Origin: a virus
Length of the DNA stretch: 45,220 bases
Virus record (IMG/VR): IMGVR_UViG_3300010354_000006
Reading direction: 5' to 3' (one strand)
Position numbers and translations under genes: made by a program
Notes under the pieces: model-generated
Told to the model about the DNA's origin: nothing
Seen by the model: the letters and a program-made list of their open reading frames with translations, nothing else
Database searches by the model: none
Shown: positions 16,853 through 28,086 of the stretch, one piece after another
Layout: each line of letters opens with the position of its first letter
Numbering within the stretch: the stretch's first letter is position 1

Positions 16853-19800
16853 TTAATAGCCTCTCAACTCTGCAAGTTGTTTTTCTCTCAATTTTTTCTC
16901 TTTAGCTGCTCTGTCTTTTTGCTTTGCTTCAATCGCATTTTCATATTGCTTTCTACCAGCAGGACTCCACGCATATAATGTTTTACCAGCGATAGGAATA
17001 TTATTCACTAAAATCCTAGACAAGAAAGGATTATATTCTTCGCCTGTATCTACTGCCTTCCTGTATTCTTTTACATCGGCATCTAACGCATCAAGCCATG
17101 GAGCTGCAGGCATAATAAAGCTTCCAAACCCTGCCGCTAAACCTTGCTTATCTAACTTGTAAAACATATAAGGATTTACTATTGGTATAAATGTTTGAAA
17201 AGCTGCCTCAACCGCTCTCTCTTCTAAAGATTGATATTCTTCGCTTGTTTTTCCTTTGATTATATCTTTAAAATAATTAATTCCATAGTTTGAACCACCA
17301 ACTAAAACACTAAGAGCAATAGCGTTTCTTAGGGATTCGCCTAATTGTTTAGTGTTTTGTTTGTTTAATCCTTTAGTTGCAATAGATTTAATCCCATTTG
17401 CCATACCACTGTAGACTTCATCTTTAGTGAATTGAAGCATTTTTAAACTAAAGCTTTTTAACGCATAAAAGAATCTTAGGTCTGGAGCTTGTAAGTATCC
17501 AGCAGGCATATCGCTTAAAGATAAAACTTGCGTTCCTGAAAGGCGTTCAAATAAAGCAAGCCCAATGCTATCATCGTCATACGCTTCTTTTAAATCTTTA
17601 GTACGAAAAGCTTGTACCATTCTATCGGCTTCATCTACCCCGAACATGCTTTTTAAATAAGAATATTCTTTATCGAACTTCGCACCTTTTTCTTTTGTAA
17701 AAACATTTTTAAAATAATTAAATCCTGCATTTAACTGTGTTTCTTGCATTAATTTATTCGCTGCCCTAAAACCGTTTATCTTCAAAGCAAAATCAACAAC
17801 TTTACGAACCACGGAAGGATTATCAGCATAATCCGCACCGATACGGGCAATGCCTAAGTCTAAGGTTTTTACAGTCTCAGGGTCAAATGATTGCCCTAAA
17901 CCTTTAATAGTATTCAAAATACCATTCCTATAAGCACTAGTGCCAAGCTCCGTAGCCTGTGTTATTGTACTTTGAATATCATTCAGAGCAGTAAGCAATG
18001 CTCCGTCTTTAGCTAAACGAGCAAAATTAGCTGGCTTTTTAGGACCATTAACAAAACGTGCTGTAAGTAAATCCTTAACCTTAACAACTTGTTCACTTGA
18101 GATTTCATTGTTTTGTCTTAGACTATCTGTAAAAGCACCGACACTTGTAGTTAAATCTGCACCATCCGCTCTACCAAAGAATTTACGACTCTCTATGTCA
18201 AAAGTAGAGCGATTAATATAATTCTCTAATACTGTAGCTGGGTCTTCGTATAAGTCAGAAAGAAAACGCTCGTTCCCTTTAGCATCCTTAAAAATAATCC
18301 CTTCCATCTGTTGAGCCAATCCCGATCTAGGTTTTCTGTTAGAAAGTGTTGGGGTGCTGCCTACTCCACCGTAACCTCTTAAAAACTTATTAGTAAACTC
18401 AATTCGCTCTAGCTCCTCAAGTTCACGCCCAAGTTTTTTTCTTTCTTTAGCTAAAGCTGTATCGTATTCTGTCCTTGTTGCTGGATCAGCTTTTAAATCA
18501 TCTGTGATTTTATCTAAATCAAAAAGTGAACGCCAAGTCTCAACGCTATCTTTTTTAACACTTGTTGGGAAATAATTTTCAATAAAACCTACTTCAAGCC
18601 CCGCTTCGGTTTGTTGTGCATAAAGATCATCAAGGACAGGTCTAACCCCTGTTTCGTATAGTTCCGTTAAAGGTTTATTTATTAATTTCTCAAAATCTCT
18701 TGCGGTGTCTTCCGCCTCTAAAAATTTTAAAGGTACTTTAAATATTGGTGGCAGTTCCTTAAACTGTCGCCCTTCTTTATCAATCTTAGATAAGAAAGCC
18801 ATGATTGCATCATGGTCGCCTTTAATTAAATAAGAGTTAAAAATTTTCTTTTCATTTTTGCTTAATAATTTCCCTAACTTGCTGAATAAAGGCATTGCTT
18901 GAGATAAATGTTTATTTGCAATTTTTGAACTTGCAAATTCAAACTTGCGAAGCTGCCCTGCTAAAGATGGGTTAATGTCTCTTAAAGCTGATATTATTGG
19001 TTGTACTAAAGTATTCCATAAGTTCCCCGCATTTTCAGCAGTTTGAATAATTTTGTTTTTAGGTTTTTTAGTTGCAGTTGGCATTTCCACAGAAGCATCA
19101 CTAATGAAAGCTCCAGTATTTTCAACTTCCGCTTTCCCTACTTCACTTTTCATTTTTGCTATTAACGCTGGATGGCGGTACATCGCTTTATACATATCGT
19201 TTAAAGCTTCTTTTTCTAATTCAGCTCTTGAGATTGTTTTTTCTTCGGTCTCTATAATCGGGTTGCGTTCTGCCTTAAGCTTTGCTAACTGAGAATCAAT
19301 TTGATCTAATTCCTCTTTAGCAATCATTCGATCAATTTCGATATCATCAGCATTACGCAAAACAGGAGTCTCTATTCCCATCTTCTCTCTGTATTCTCTT
19401 AAAGCATCTTTCTTAAATTGACGATTTAAAGCTACTTCTTTTTGTTTCTTTAATGCCTCTCTACGCCTATTTAAATAATCTATCTTATCTTTAACTTCCT
19501 GCTCAAGCTTTTGCTGTTGCTCTAATAAAGCTTGTTTCTTGGCTTGAAAGTCAGATACAGCTTGATTTCTATTTGCATTAGTTACACTAAGCCTAGTATC
19601 TACATCTGATCTAGCTGCATTGTATTCGTCATCTAATGCTTTAAGTCTCTGTTCTTTAAGTTGTTGCTTTTGTAATTCTATGTCTTGCAAACGCTTTGTT
19701 TCTACATCTGCTTTTAATTGATTTATTTCAGCTTGCTTTGCTTCTAATGCTTGTTGTTGTTTTGTCTTTACAGTCTCTATTTGCTTTGCTACTGTTTCTT

Positions 19801-22468
19801 GTAGTTTTTTTAATTTCTCTGGGTAAGTTTTATTTTTAAATTTATTTAATTGCTCTTGTATTTTATTTCGTTGTTCCTCTGCTTTTTTTAAAGATGGGTT
19901 ATCTAAAATAGGTTTTAATGATTCTTTTTGCTGTAAAAGAGATTCAAGGTTTGCTTTTTCTTCTTTTAGCCCCGATTCAAGTTTTCCAATCTTTTCTTTT
20001 GCAAAAGATTTAATATTCGCTATCTTTTTTTGAGTTGCTTCTTTTACTTGATATTTATATTTACCAAGTGCAATGTTCGCCGTTTTAATACTTGGGATTG
20101 CATTTAGCTCTTCTTGCGTTAAAGACTCCCCTGATTTACTACGCTTATCTCGTCTTTTTTGTTTTAAAGCATTAACTTTATCTTCTTGTGCTTTTAATTG
20201 TTGCTCTGCTTTAGTTTTTACTACTTCAATTTGACGATTAGCCGTTTCGTTTATTTCTTTTAATTTTTGTGCATAAAGTTTTTTAGAAGCATCTAGTCTT
20301 TTTTTTGTTGCAGTTATTATTTTCTCTGTTTCATCAAATTTCTCTAACGCCCCTTCTTGCAGGAAATCACGTTTAATTTTATTGTAAGCAATATCAGCTT
20401 CCTCAGAAGCCTCTTCTAATTTTTGCAATTCAAGCTTTAAGGCATCAATTTTTTTTGTTATAAAAACTTTAATATTTTCAACCTTAGTTTTAACTTCGGA
20501 ACTTAAATCTTTTTGAAATTTGTTAAATGAAATTTTATAAGTAGGATCAAGTTTATTTAATTGCTGTTCTGCTAATTCTGTTTGCTTTGCCTTTAAACTT
20601 TTTTCAAAATCAGCTTGAGATGCCGTTAGTTTACTAGCGACCTGCTCTTCAGTTTGCTTAACTGCTTGAGAATATTGACCTTCTAGTTTTTGATTGTTTC
20701 TTTCTAAGCTTTGTAATCTATTTTCAAAATATTGCTTAACTCGTTTTGCTTTTTTTTCTTTACTTACCGAGTCTGGTAAGTTATTAATTTCATCAAGCGA
20801 TTTAGAATACTCTGCTTTAGTTTGTTCAATTTCACGTGCGTAAGATTCTTGCTTCTGTTTAAATTTAATATCAAGTTCTGCAATTTTTGTTTGCCTAGAT
20901 TCTTCTAGCTGAGTTTTTAAACTTTCGTATTTAGTATTTGTTTCTTTTTGAAAAAGATTAAATTCTTCTTCGTAATTTCTTTGTGGTGCCGTTGCTGTTT
21001 CTTGGGAAACAGTTTCGGGAGTTTCAGTGATTTCTACAGGCTCCGTCTCAGCTTGTTTTTTAGCACGTTGATAAGAGTCATTAACTTGCTTCTGTTGTTT
21101 AGCTAAATTCTTTTCTTCTAAATCAAATGGCTTAGTTAATGTACGCTCTTGCTTGTCTATATCAGCTTTCTGTTTAAGCAGGTTTTTTGTTTTCTGTTCA
21201 CTTTCTCTTTGGATTTCAGATACTAATTTATCTTGCTCTGTGTCTATCTGCTTGAAAGCTGTTTGCTTTTCAGCTTCGTACATCTCATTTAAAGTAGATA
21301 CATTCTGCCTAGTCTCTTCTTTAAGCCCTAAACGTGTTTGCTCTTCTGCTAATTGCCCTTGCCTTTGTTCTGTCAAAGACCTAGCTTGCATTAAATCAGA
21401 TTCAATCTTTTCGTATTTTAATGCTGCTGCTGCTTTTGCTTCTTCTGCTGCCCTTGCTTCGTTAGCACCTTTAGCCTTGTATGCTTCTACATTACGTCTA
21501 TTAAATGCTCTTTTTGTTTCAGCTATACCCTTTAAAGATTCTTTACTATTGCCCCTAAAGATAAAGCCTTCTTGCCCTTGAGCCATTCTGCCCGCTTCTC
21601 TTAAAGCTTGCTTGCCGTAATTTTTGGTTAGTGCTGCTCCAATACCTTCTATCGCTCCACCAAACGTAGTATCTATAGCTAAATTTAGAGCTAAGTCTTT
21701 AAGGTTAATGTTCCCCTCTTCGTCCATTGAAGCCGAGAGAGACAATGGAGAACCTGCTATTGTGTTAGCTGCTGCACCTGCTATAAATCTTTTAGTTCCT
21801 GCTTGTGCTATAACTTTTTTAGTTGCTTCTCGTGCTGCTGTGCCTGCAATCCCTTTAGCTGTTAAATCTTTAAATATGTTTGCCGCTAAAGCACCTTCGC
21901 TAGCTGCTCCAAAAGCTTTAGCATAAATTGACCCACCTCCGAGTAACCCAACTACTGTACCAAGTCCAGTAGGTAAATCTTGGAATCCTTGCCCTTCTTG
22001 TATCCCTGTAACATCACTTGCTAAATCTTGTATGAATTGACCAGTTTGAGCTAGACCTTGAGATACAGGGTCTAACTCTCTCTTAACCCTCTCCCTGCCT
22101 GCAAAAGTATCCATCATTAATTCTGCTGGAGATGGAATAGCTTTAGATGCTCCGTATAAAGCTTTAGGAGCTTCTAACATTAAAGCTGGAATCTCTGCTG
22201 CTGATTTAAGCCCTGCTGCTATTGTCTTGCCAGCTATAGGAATGCTTTGTATTGCATCTGCTATGGCTTTTTTTGCATAAGCTCCTGAATTGATACGGTC
22301 AGGGGTTAATTTGCTTGCTGCAAATTGTAATTCATCTGGAGTTAATTCACGTCCAATATCGTCTTGATAACGAGTTAAAGCTGCCTCTGTGTATTTAACA
22401 GCCTGATCTTTTAAAAGTGGATTTATACTTTTAGCTTTTAAATCTTCAATAAAATTTTCAATTCCCAT
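16853..22468 (-). CDS. Very large virion protein (1871 aa) with long central coiled coil; internal/ejection protein or tape-measure-like
   Basis: Uninterrupted 5.6-kb ORF; central Lys/Glu/Gln-rich heptad region. Confidence 0.55.
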   Translation of the reverse strand: MGIENFIEDLKAKSINPLLKDQAVKYTEAALTRYQDDIGRELTPDELQFAASKLTPDRINSGAYAKKAIADAIQSIPIAGKTIAAGLKSAAEIPALMLEAPKALYGASKAIPSPAELMMDTFAGRERVKRELDPVSQGLAQTGQFIQDLASDVTGIQEGQGFQDLPTGLGTVVGLLGGGSIYAKAFGAASEGALAANIFKDLTAKGIAGTAAREATKKVIAQAGTKRFIAGAAANTIAGSPLSLSASMDEEGNINLKDLALNLAIDTTFGGAIEGIGAALTKNYGKQALREAGRMAQGQEGFIFRGNSKESLKGIAETKRAFNRRNVEAYKAKGANEARAAEEAKAAAALKYEKIESDLMQARSLTEQRQGQLAEEQTRLGLKEETRQNVSTLNEMYEAEKQTAFKQIDTEQDKLVSEIQRESEQKTKNLLKQKADIDKQERTLTKPFDLEEKNLAKQQKQVNDSYQRAKKQAETEPVEITETPETVSQETATAPQRNYEEEFNLFQKETNTKYESLKTQLEESRQTKIAELDIKFKQKQESYAREIEQTKAEYSKSLDEINNLPDSVSKEKKAKRVKQYFENRLQSLERNNQKLEGQYSQAVKQTEEQVASKLTASQADFEKSLKAKQTELAEQQLNKLDPTYKISFNKFQKDLSSEVKTKVENIKVFITKKIDALKLELQKLEEASEEADIAYNKIKRDFLQEGALEKFDETEKIITATKKRLDASKKLYAQKLKEINETANRQIEVVKTKAEQQLKAQEDKVNALKQKRRDKRSKSGESLTQEELNAIPSIKTANIALGKYKYQVKEATQKKIANIKSFAKEKIGKLESGLKEEKANLESLLQQKESLKPILDNPSLKKAEEQRNKIQEQLNKFKNKTYPEKLKKLQETVAKQIETVKTKQQQALEAKQAEINQLKADVETKRLQDIELQKQQLKEQRLKALDDEYNAARSDVDTRLSVTNANRNQAVSDFQAKKQALLEQQQKLEQEVKDKIDYLNRRREALKKQKEVALNRQFKKDALREYREKMGIETPVLRNADDIEIDRMIAKEELDQIDSQLAKLKAERNPIIETEEKTISRAELEKEALNDMYKAMYRHPALIAKMKSEVGKAEVENTGAFISDASVEMPTATKKPKNKIIQTAENAGNLWNTLVQPIISALRDINPSLAGQLRKFEFASSKIANKHLSQAMPLFSKLGKLLSKNEKKIFNSYLIKGDHDAIMAFLSKIDKEGRQFKELPPIFKVPLKFLEAEDTARDFEKLINKPLTELYETGVRPVLDDLYAQQTEAGLEVGFIENYFPTSVKKDSVETWRSLFDLDKITDDLKADPATRTEYDTALAKERKKLGRELEELERIEFTNKFLRGYGGVGSTPTLSNRKPRSGLAQQMEGIIFKDAKGNERFLSDLYEDPATVLENYINRSTFDIESRKFFGRADGADLTTSVGAFTDSLRQNNEISSEQVVKVKDLLTARFVNGPKKPANFARLAKDGALLTALNDIQSTITQATELGTSAYRNGILNTIKGLGQSFDPETVKTLDLGIARIGADYADNPSVVRKVVDFALKINGFRAANKLMQETQLNAGFNYFKNVFTKEKGAKFDKEYSYLKSMFGVDEADRMVQAFRTKDLKEAYDDDSIGLALFERLSGTQVLSLSDMPAGYLQAPDLRFFYALKSFSLKMLQFTKDEVYSGMANGIKSIATKGLNKQNTKQLGESLRNAIALSVLVGGSNYGINYFKDIIKGKTSEEYQSLEERAVEAAFQTFIPIVNPYMFYKLDKQGLAAGFGSFIMPAAPWLDALDADVKEYRKAVDTGEEYNPFLSRILVNNIPIAGKTLYAWSPAGRKQYENAIEAKQKDRAAKEKKLREKQLAELRGY

Positions 22469-23316
22469 TATTGTGGTAAAAGTCGATCTAGGTTAGTTAC
22501 TGGCTTAAGTGATGATCTTCTTGAAGCTTGTGTAGTATTTACTGGAGCTGCACTTTGTTGATTTTTCTTAATTTCCTCTTTCGGTCTTGCTACTCCCATT
22601 CCACCGAGTGGAAAGCCATAGGTTTGTCTAAAAGCAAGAGCCTCAGGGGTTAATGCTTTTACTGGAGTACGGAATAATCCTGTACCTAAAAATCCAGTGT
22701 CTCCCTTCTTGTAAGTTGTAACAGTTTGTTTTGGAATAGAAACGCCACGTCCCACTAAAGCCGCAATATCTTCTCTTGGTAAGTCAGAGTCTATTCCTTT
22801 GTCCAAGATATAAGCCTTCCAATTTTTTTCTTTGGTTAATAAACCTTCCGCCTGCTTTTGATTCAATTTAACGGAAGTAGGCAACTCTGGTTTGCCACCC
22901 CTTCCACCACTGCGACCCGTTTCAGGGGATAATCTTTTCATTCTTTCTTTGCGATCATATTCTAATTCAAGTATTTCTTTATCTGCTCCAAGATCAAGTC
23001 CGTGCTTGTAGTTTTCTAAATCCATTCGATTCCCTTGCTTAACACCTTCAAGCCCCATTAACGCTGCATATTTTGCCGCCATCTCTTGTTGGTCTAAATC
23101 GCTTTTTAAAAGAGTAGTACCAAGCTCATTTAACTCGCCAGTAGTAGGGTCTACTAATTGGCTATACTTGTCATAACCTAAGCCGCCTAAAGCTTCTTTT
23201 AAAGCTTCTGCTCTTTGTTTCTTAATCTCTTTTTCAGCGTATTCATCGTAAGCATTGCTAGCTCCACCGATTGCCCCTGCTAAAATTCCCCAGCCTCTAC
23301 CGCCTAATTTCTGCAT
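22468..23316 (-). CDS. Putative internal virion protein (282 aa)
   Basis: ORF track; Gly-rich N-terminus. Confidence 0.45.
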   Translation of the reverse strand: MQKLGGRGWGILAGAIGGASNAYDEYAEKEIKKQRAEALKEALGGLGYDKYSQLVDPTTGELNELGTTLLKSDLDQQEMAAKYAALMGLEGVKQGNRMDLENYKHGLDLGADKEILELEYDRKERMKRLSPETGRSGGRGGKPELPTSVKLNQKQAEGLLTKEKNWKAYILDKGIDSDLPREDIAALVGRGVSIPKQTVTTYKKGDTGFLGTGLFRTPVKALTPEALAFRQTYGFPLGGMGVARPKEEIKKNQQSAAPVNTTQASRRSSLKPVTNLDRLLPQ

Positions 23317-23318
23317 AA

Positions 23319-24500
23319 TTAAAACCCTCCTGTTTGAATCATCCTTGGAGTTGTTTGTATTTTAGCCAAGTTGGTACCACGTGTATCTTGCCTGCCAGCT
23401 TGATCTTTTAAGCCACCATAAATAAATTCAGCAGCAGCAGGATCAGTGAAACCACCATAAGCTGTTGGGGAAACAATACCAGAAGTTAAACTACTAAATC
23501 CACCTGAACCTAATTGAGCTCCAGCACCAAGTAAATTTCTAAATGATTGCCCTCTACGTGCAGCACGAGCATTTAATATATCTTGCCTCATCCCTGCTTG
23601 GCTTGCTTCTAAATCTACTATATTTCTACTTAATGGGTCAAATGCCCCACGCTGTAAAGCTTGATTCGATAAACTAGAAGAACTAAATCCACGCTGCGTT
23701 AAATCGCCCATTGTTCTTTGGAGATCATCTCTTAAAGTTTCTTGAACTCTCCTTCTTCCTAGTGTGTATTGAGAATCTAAATCTGCTTGATCTTGAGCCG
23801 TTAAACCTTCTTGATCCATTGATCCAGTAAGGTTAGAAAAATAATCTCTTAAATTTTGTTTATACTCTAATGCACCTTTAACATCTTCACCGATTAAAGA
23901 TGTTAAATCTCCCATCTCACTGAAAATATCACCAGTGTTTTCTATCCCTTGCCCTCTTAATTCATCAGATGGAGTTGTTAAAAAAGGCTCTTCTTCTGCT
24001 ACTACATATTTCCCAGTAGCAGGATCATATTTATAACCGCCACCAGTCAAGGCTTCCTTGACTAAACCCCTACCCTTTTTGCCAAGCTCACCTTGTCTAA
24101 ATCTTTCAATAAAAGCTTTTTGTTGGGCAGGAGTTTTTGATTGGAAATCTGCCGACTCAGCAATAGCTCTAATCTTGTCATCTTGTCTTTGCTTTCTTGT
24201 TTGTGGGGTTAAACTTCCAATCCCAACCCCTGAACCAGAAGCCACGCCACCTCTAAGGATGTCGCTTCCTCTTTTGAAACCTTGGTTAATATCACTACGC
24301 CCTTTGTTGATATCTGCTTCTGTAATTCCTGATGTGAACTTTGGAGCAGCTCCACCGATAGCACCCTCAGCCGCACCGCCAAGAACACCAGCAACAATCC
24401 CACCAGCTGGACCGGCTACCGCAGTACCAATACCAGTAGCAATAGCTGAACCAACGCCCTTAGTCTTAATATTTGCCGAAGAATTAGCAATTTTAGCCAT
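23319..24500 (-). CDS. Putative internal virion protein (393 aa), Gly/Ala-rich hydrophobic N-terminus
   Basis: ORF track; composition. Confidence 0.45.
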   Translation of the reverse strand: MAKIANSSANIKTKGVGSAIATGIGTAVAGPAGGIVAGVLGGAAEGAIGGAAPKFTSGITEADINKGRSDINQGFKRGSDILRGGVASGSGVGIGSLTPQTRKQRQDDKIRAIAESADFQSKTPAQQKAFIERFRQGELGKKGRGLVKEALTGGGYKYDPATGKYVVAEEEPFLTTPSDELRGQGIENTGDIFSEMGDLTSLIGEDVKGALEYKQNLRDYFSNLTGSMDQEGLTAQDQADLDSQYTLGRRRVQETLRDDLQRTMGDLTQRGFSSSSLSNQALQRGAFDPLSRNIVDLEASQAGMRQDILNARAARRGQSFRNLLGAGAQLGSGGFSSLTSGIVSPTAYGGFTDPAAAEFIYGGLKDQAGRQDTRGTNLAKIQTTPRMIQTGGF

Positions 24501-24517
24501 ATATATTAAGTATAATC

Positions 24518-26167
24518 CTACTCTTTGCCTATGGTTTGAAAATCTATAACAATAGAATCTATAATTACATCTTCGCTATCAGAAGTATGCTCAATAAATA
24601 ACTTTAAATACTTGCCCGTTGGGTTTGCTGGAGTAAATTTTTTAGATATGATTGGCAGTCCTGCACTAGATAGCCATATATCAACACCCCACTCAGCTTC
24701 ACCCCAAAAGCTATTTGGTAATGCAGGGATTTGAACATCCTCTGAGCCAGAAGCACCATTCTCCCAAGTATGTTTTATTTTTACTGTTGTACCGCTAGTA
24801 GAACGTGCATTAACCGTAATATTCGTAATTTGTTTAGTATTGTTTGGTTGCCCAAAATCCAATGTCGCTAACTGATATATAGACTTGATTGCATTTCCGT
24901 TAAAATTAAAACCTTTGTTTGTTTGCAAAAATGCTTTATCTGTTACTATAACCAACTCATTGGTAACTCTATCTAAATAAAATGATCTTAACTTTAATAT
25001 GTTTTCGTCTTCGTCAAACTCTTTAATTAAACTCCACGTTTCGCTAGCAGGTTGATCTCCATAACTTAATACTAAAGCTTGGTCAGGGTATCGTTTTGTT
25101 GTTTTACTTGGAAACCAAAACTGTAATTCACCTTTTAAAGGAAAATTAATTAACCGTCCTCTCTTAAAAACTTCATTATCATATTGCTGCAAAAGAGGAA
25201 ATATCTTATGCGTTAGACCAAAAGGTTTAGCATCTTGGAAATTATCGGTACTTGATAGCTGGAAAATTCGCCCTTGATTGCTTACAAAATAATGGTCATT
25301 GTCGCCTTTAGCTTGAACTAAATATTTACTTAAACACCCTAACTCACTGTTTAAAACTTCAAAAGAAAAATGAGGTTGAGGATAAGCCGTACCAGGGGGA
25401 TTAATTCCCTGCACTACTACGATTTGATTATCACAGTAAACAATTAAATTTTTGTTTGATAAAACTTTTAAAGCTACACTAGGTCTAACTACGGGCATAT
25501 CAACAAAGAAAGCAATATCAAAATCTAACGGGTCATTGGAAGAAAAATTTGATATGTCCCCGATTTTAGAAACATACAGCCTGCGTGGGTTAAAAGCATC
25601 TCCACCTAGCCATATTCTGTTAGCGTGAAATGCTGCGATTGAGGGAAACCCTACCGTACTAGCGACTGGATTCGCTGCTGTGGCGTAAGGGCTTTCATCT
25701 AAATTCCCAGAAGCATTATTATCATTAGTATAAACAGGCGGCCATGTAACTGTAGTTACTGTTTTTTTATAAATATATCTTGGTGCATTTGCTCCATCAA
25801 CTAAAAAATATCCACCGTTAGCTTCTACTCCAATCGGCTCACCAATACTATGCAGTCCAGTCCCGATTATTTCATAAGCTCCAGATACAGGATTAATTAA
25901 ATAAATATTCGGATAACTAACACCGATGATTGAATAATTTAAATCATCATCAGTATATACGTCTACATAATCCCAGCTAATATGACTAGGGAAAGAAAAC
26001 TCAAAAAGATTTTCAAAACCATTAACCTTTTGTAGCCCTGTCTGTGTAACAATTTCAAAGTTATAAGCTCTTGGGGTTTCGTTTAAAGGTAAAGCAATTT
26101 CAGCATCGCGGAGATTTAAACCACCGCTAAAATCATTTATTAGTAGGGTTTGTGTGGCTTCTACCAA
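24518..26167 (-). CDS. Putative tail tube / nozzle structural protein (549 aa)
   Basis: Size and position downstream of capsid genes. Confidence 0.4.
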   Translation of the reverse strand: MVEATQTLLINDFSGGLNLRDAEIALPLNETPRAYNFEIVTQTGLQKVNGFENLFEFSFPSHISWDYVDVYTDDDLNYSIIGVSYPNIYLINPVSGAYEIIGTGLHSIGEPIGVEANGGYFLVDGANAPRYIYKKTVTTVTWPPVYTNDNNASGNLDESPYATAANPVASTVGFPSIAAFHANRIWLGGDAFNPRRLYVSKIGDISNFSSNDPLDFDIAFFVDMPVVRPSVALKVLSNKNLIVYCDNQIVVVQGINPPGTAYPQPHFSFEVLNSELGCLSKYLVQAKGDNDHYFVSNQGRIFQLSSTDNFQDAKPFGLTHKIFPLLQQYDNEVFKRGRLINFPLKGELQFWFPSKTTKRYPDQALVLSYGDQPASETWSLIKEFDEDENILKLRSFYLDRVTNELVIVTDKAFLQTNKGFNFNGNAIKSIYQLATLDFGQPNNTKQITNITVNARSTSGTTVKIKHTWENGASGSEDVQIPALPNSFWGEAEWGVDIWLSSAGLPIISKKFTPANPTGKYLKLFIEHTSDSEDVIIDSIVIDFQTIGKE

Positions 26168-26530
26168 TTACTTACCCCTTCTAAATTTATTATAAAATCG
26201 TGGATCTACGCCTTGCGGTGTTGGGGTTTCATCTTTTAAGATTTGCCCCGTTCCCATATCCATAAAATAATTTCCTACCCAATCCCTGTTTGGCATTCCT
26301 TCTTTCCAATACTTAGACTGCCTAGAGAAAGTTTCATGGTTGGGTAATTTATATTCATCAGTAAAGTGCATTTGATTGTCATAGGCACTAACGTCTTGAT
26401 TTGATTTACCTTTTAAAATTTCATTTTCAAAATAACCTTGCATATCGTAATCGTCAGAAAGAGGAACACCAAAAGCCTTAGCCCATGTATCAAAAAGGTA
26501 TTTTTTTATTTCATCCCTTTTGTTTACCAA
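26168..26530 (-). CDS. Hypothetical structural protein (120 aa)
   Basis: ORF track. Confidence 0.4.
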   Translation of the reverse strand: MVNKRDEIKKYLFDTWAKAFGVPLSDDYDMQGYFENEILKGKSNQDVSAYDNQMHFTDEYKLPNHETFSRQSKYWKEGMPNRDWVGNYFMDMGTGQILKDETPTPQGVDPRFYNKFRRGK

Positions 26531-27234
26531 TTCCTATCCCTTGATCTAACTCTAAATTTCCTACGACCTTTAATCTTTAAATTAAACTTGTTTTTAATAA
26601 TTGCTTTATTTAATGCCTCTTTTGCATCCATATCTAAAAGCTGTCTCCATTCAGGATCGCCTTTAGTTTTTCTTAACCATGCGTGAGTTGCCAAAACTAA
26701 AGCCCTTTGAAAGCTAGTAGGGAAAATAATATTATTTGCTATATTGCTCGCTGTAATTCTAAGCATTTCATAATTGTAAAAAGCTTGAATAGTATAAGCC
26801 GCATCAGGAACAGGAGCTAAATTAACTACTCCCTCGTCAATATAATAATAAAGCGGTCTGCCTTGGTTAGTGTTAATAAACTCTAATTCTTTGCCTTCTG
26901 TCTTAGAACGAGGTAAAATCTCAGAATAGTTTTCTCCTGCTTCAACTAAAACTAATTTAGTTATTAACTGAGGATCCCAGCCGCCTACTGGAGCTGTTAA
27001 AACACTATTGCCTAGTGTAGCTGTTAGATTTTCTACAGGATTATAAAAATCATAATCAGAAGAAGATTCTAAAACCCACTGTACCGCTTGGTTTACGGCT
27101 TGAATACCTTTTAAAGCATTGCCGCTTGTCGCAGATGTTGCTTCAATTAAAGGGATTGGAGAATCAGCCTCCAATCCCCTAGCATCGTTTAATAAATTAA
27201 GATACGTTATTGGCAGTTTTTTGCTCCTCTTCAA
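26524..27234 (-). CDS. Putative head-tail adaptor / tail protein (236 aa)
   Basis: Position only. Confidence 0.35.
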   Translation of the reverse strand: MKRSKKLPITYLNLLNDARGLEADSPIPLIEATSATSGNALKGIQAVNQAVQWVLESSSDYDFYNPVENLTATLGNSVLTAPVGGWDPQLITKLVLVEAGENYSEILPRSKTEGKELEFINTNQGRPLYYYIDEGVVNLAPVPDAAYTIQAFYNYEMLRITASNIANNIIFPTSFQRALVLATHAWLRKTKGDPEWRQLLDMDAKEALNKAIIKNKFNLKIKGRRKFRVRSRDRNW

Positions 27235-28003
27235 ATTGCTCTGAAATCATTTGCTGCAATTCTCCACGATCCTTATTTTGTTTTTTTGCTTTTTGAGTAG
27301 CAGGCATTGCATCCCTAACCGTTTGAGCTTTTTTACCATCGTAATAACTCTTAAGTAATACTTTTAAACCTAGAGATTCAGTTTCTTCTAATGTCTCAGC
27401 TTCAATCGCTTCTCTCTCTTTGATAGCTCCCATTAATTGTTCATACTCTTGTTGAGTTAAAACATACTCACCGCCATCAGAAGATAATTTTCTGCGTCTT
27501 AAAGCATTTTCAAATTCACCCATCTTCATTAATTCTTTGATTAACCATAATGGGAAATGCCAGTTTTTCTGAGAACCCCAATTCTGAATCATAATGTCGG
27601 CAATATCAGGCTCATACCATATCACCTGATCTGATTGAGTTAAGTTTAATTTGTAAAACTCTAATAGCCTCTTAAATGCTTGGTGCATTGGCATATAATC
27701 TACTTCATCCCCACTTCTTTCGATAAGGTTAAAGTAGCGATTTGATGGAACTCTCCATACTGGATTAACCATCCAATTTTTATCTTTTAAATTTGGAACG
27801 CCCCTGTAAACAATTTCTCTAAATTCAGGAGAACTTGCAATAAAATTACATTCATCCCCAAAACCTAAGCGTAATGGAGTTTTATACTCTCCATCTTGAA
27901 CTAAAACTTTTTCCAATAAACCTGTTGCGGGATGCGGTTTATTGTAAAAACGCTTCATATCCCCATCATACTCTAAAGCTCCACCTAATACTAAAAATGG
28001 CAT
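27197..28003 (-). CDS. Hypothetical structural protein (268 aa)
   Basis: ORF track. Confidence 0.4.
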   Translation of the reverse strand: MPFLVLGGALEYDGDMKRFYNKPHPATGLLEKVLVQDGEYKTPLRLGFGDECNFIASSPEFREIVYRGVPNLKDKNWMVNPVWRVPSNRYFNLIERSGDEVDYMPMHQAFKRLLEFYKLNLTQSDQVIWYEPDIADIMIQNWGSQKNWHFPLWLIKELMKMGEFENALRRRKLSSDGGEYVLTQQEYEQLMGAIKEREAIEAETLEETESLGLKVLLKSYYDGKKAQTVRDAMPATQKAKKQNKDRGELQQMISEQFEEEQKTANNVS

Positions 28004-28053
28004 ATCTTCTCCTTACTTGTCTTTAATGCTATTGTTATATTGTTAAGCAAGAA

Positions 28054-28086
28054 AAGAGAGAGGGTTTCCCCTCTCTTTTTTTTCTA
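28054..28086 (-). terminator. Rho-independent terminator immediately after the capsid gene stop
   Basis: Stem GAGAGGGG/CCCTCTCTC with T-rich tract on the minus strand. Confidence 0.5.
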
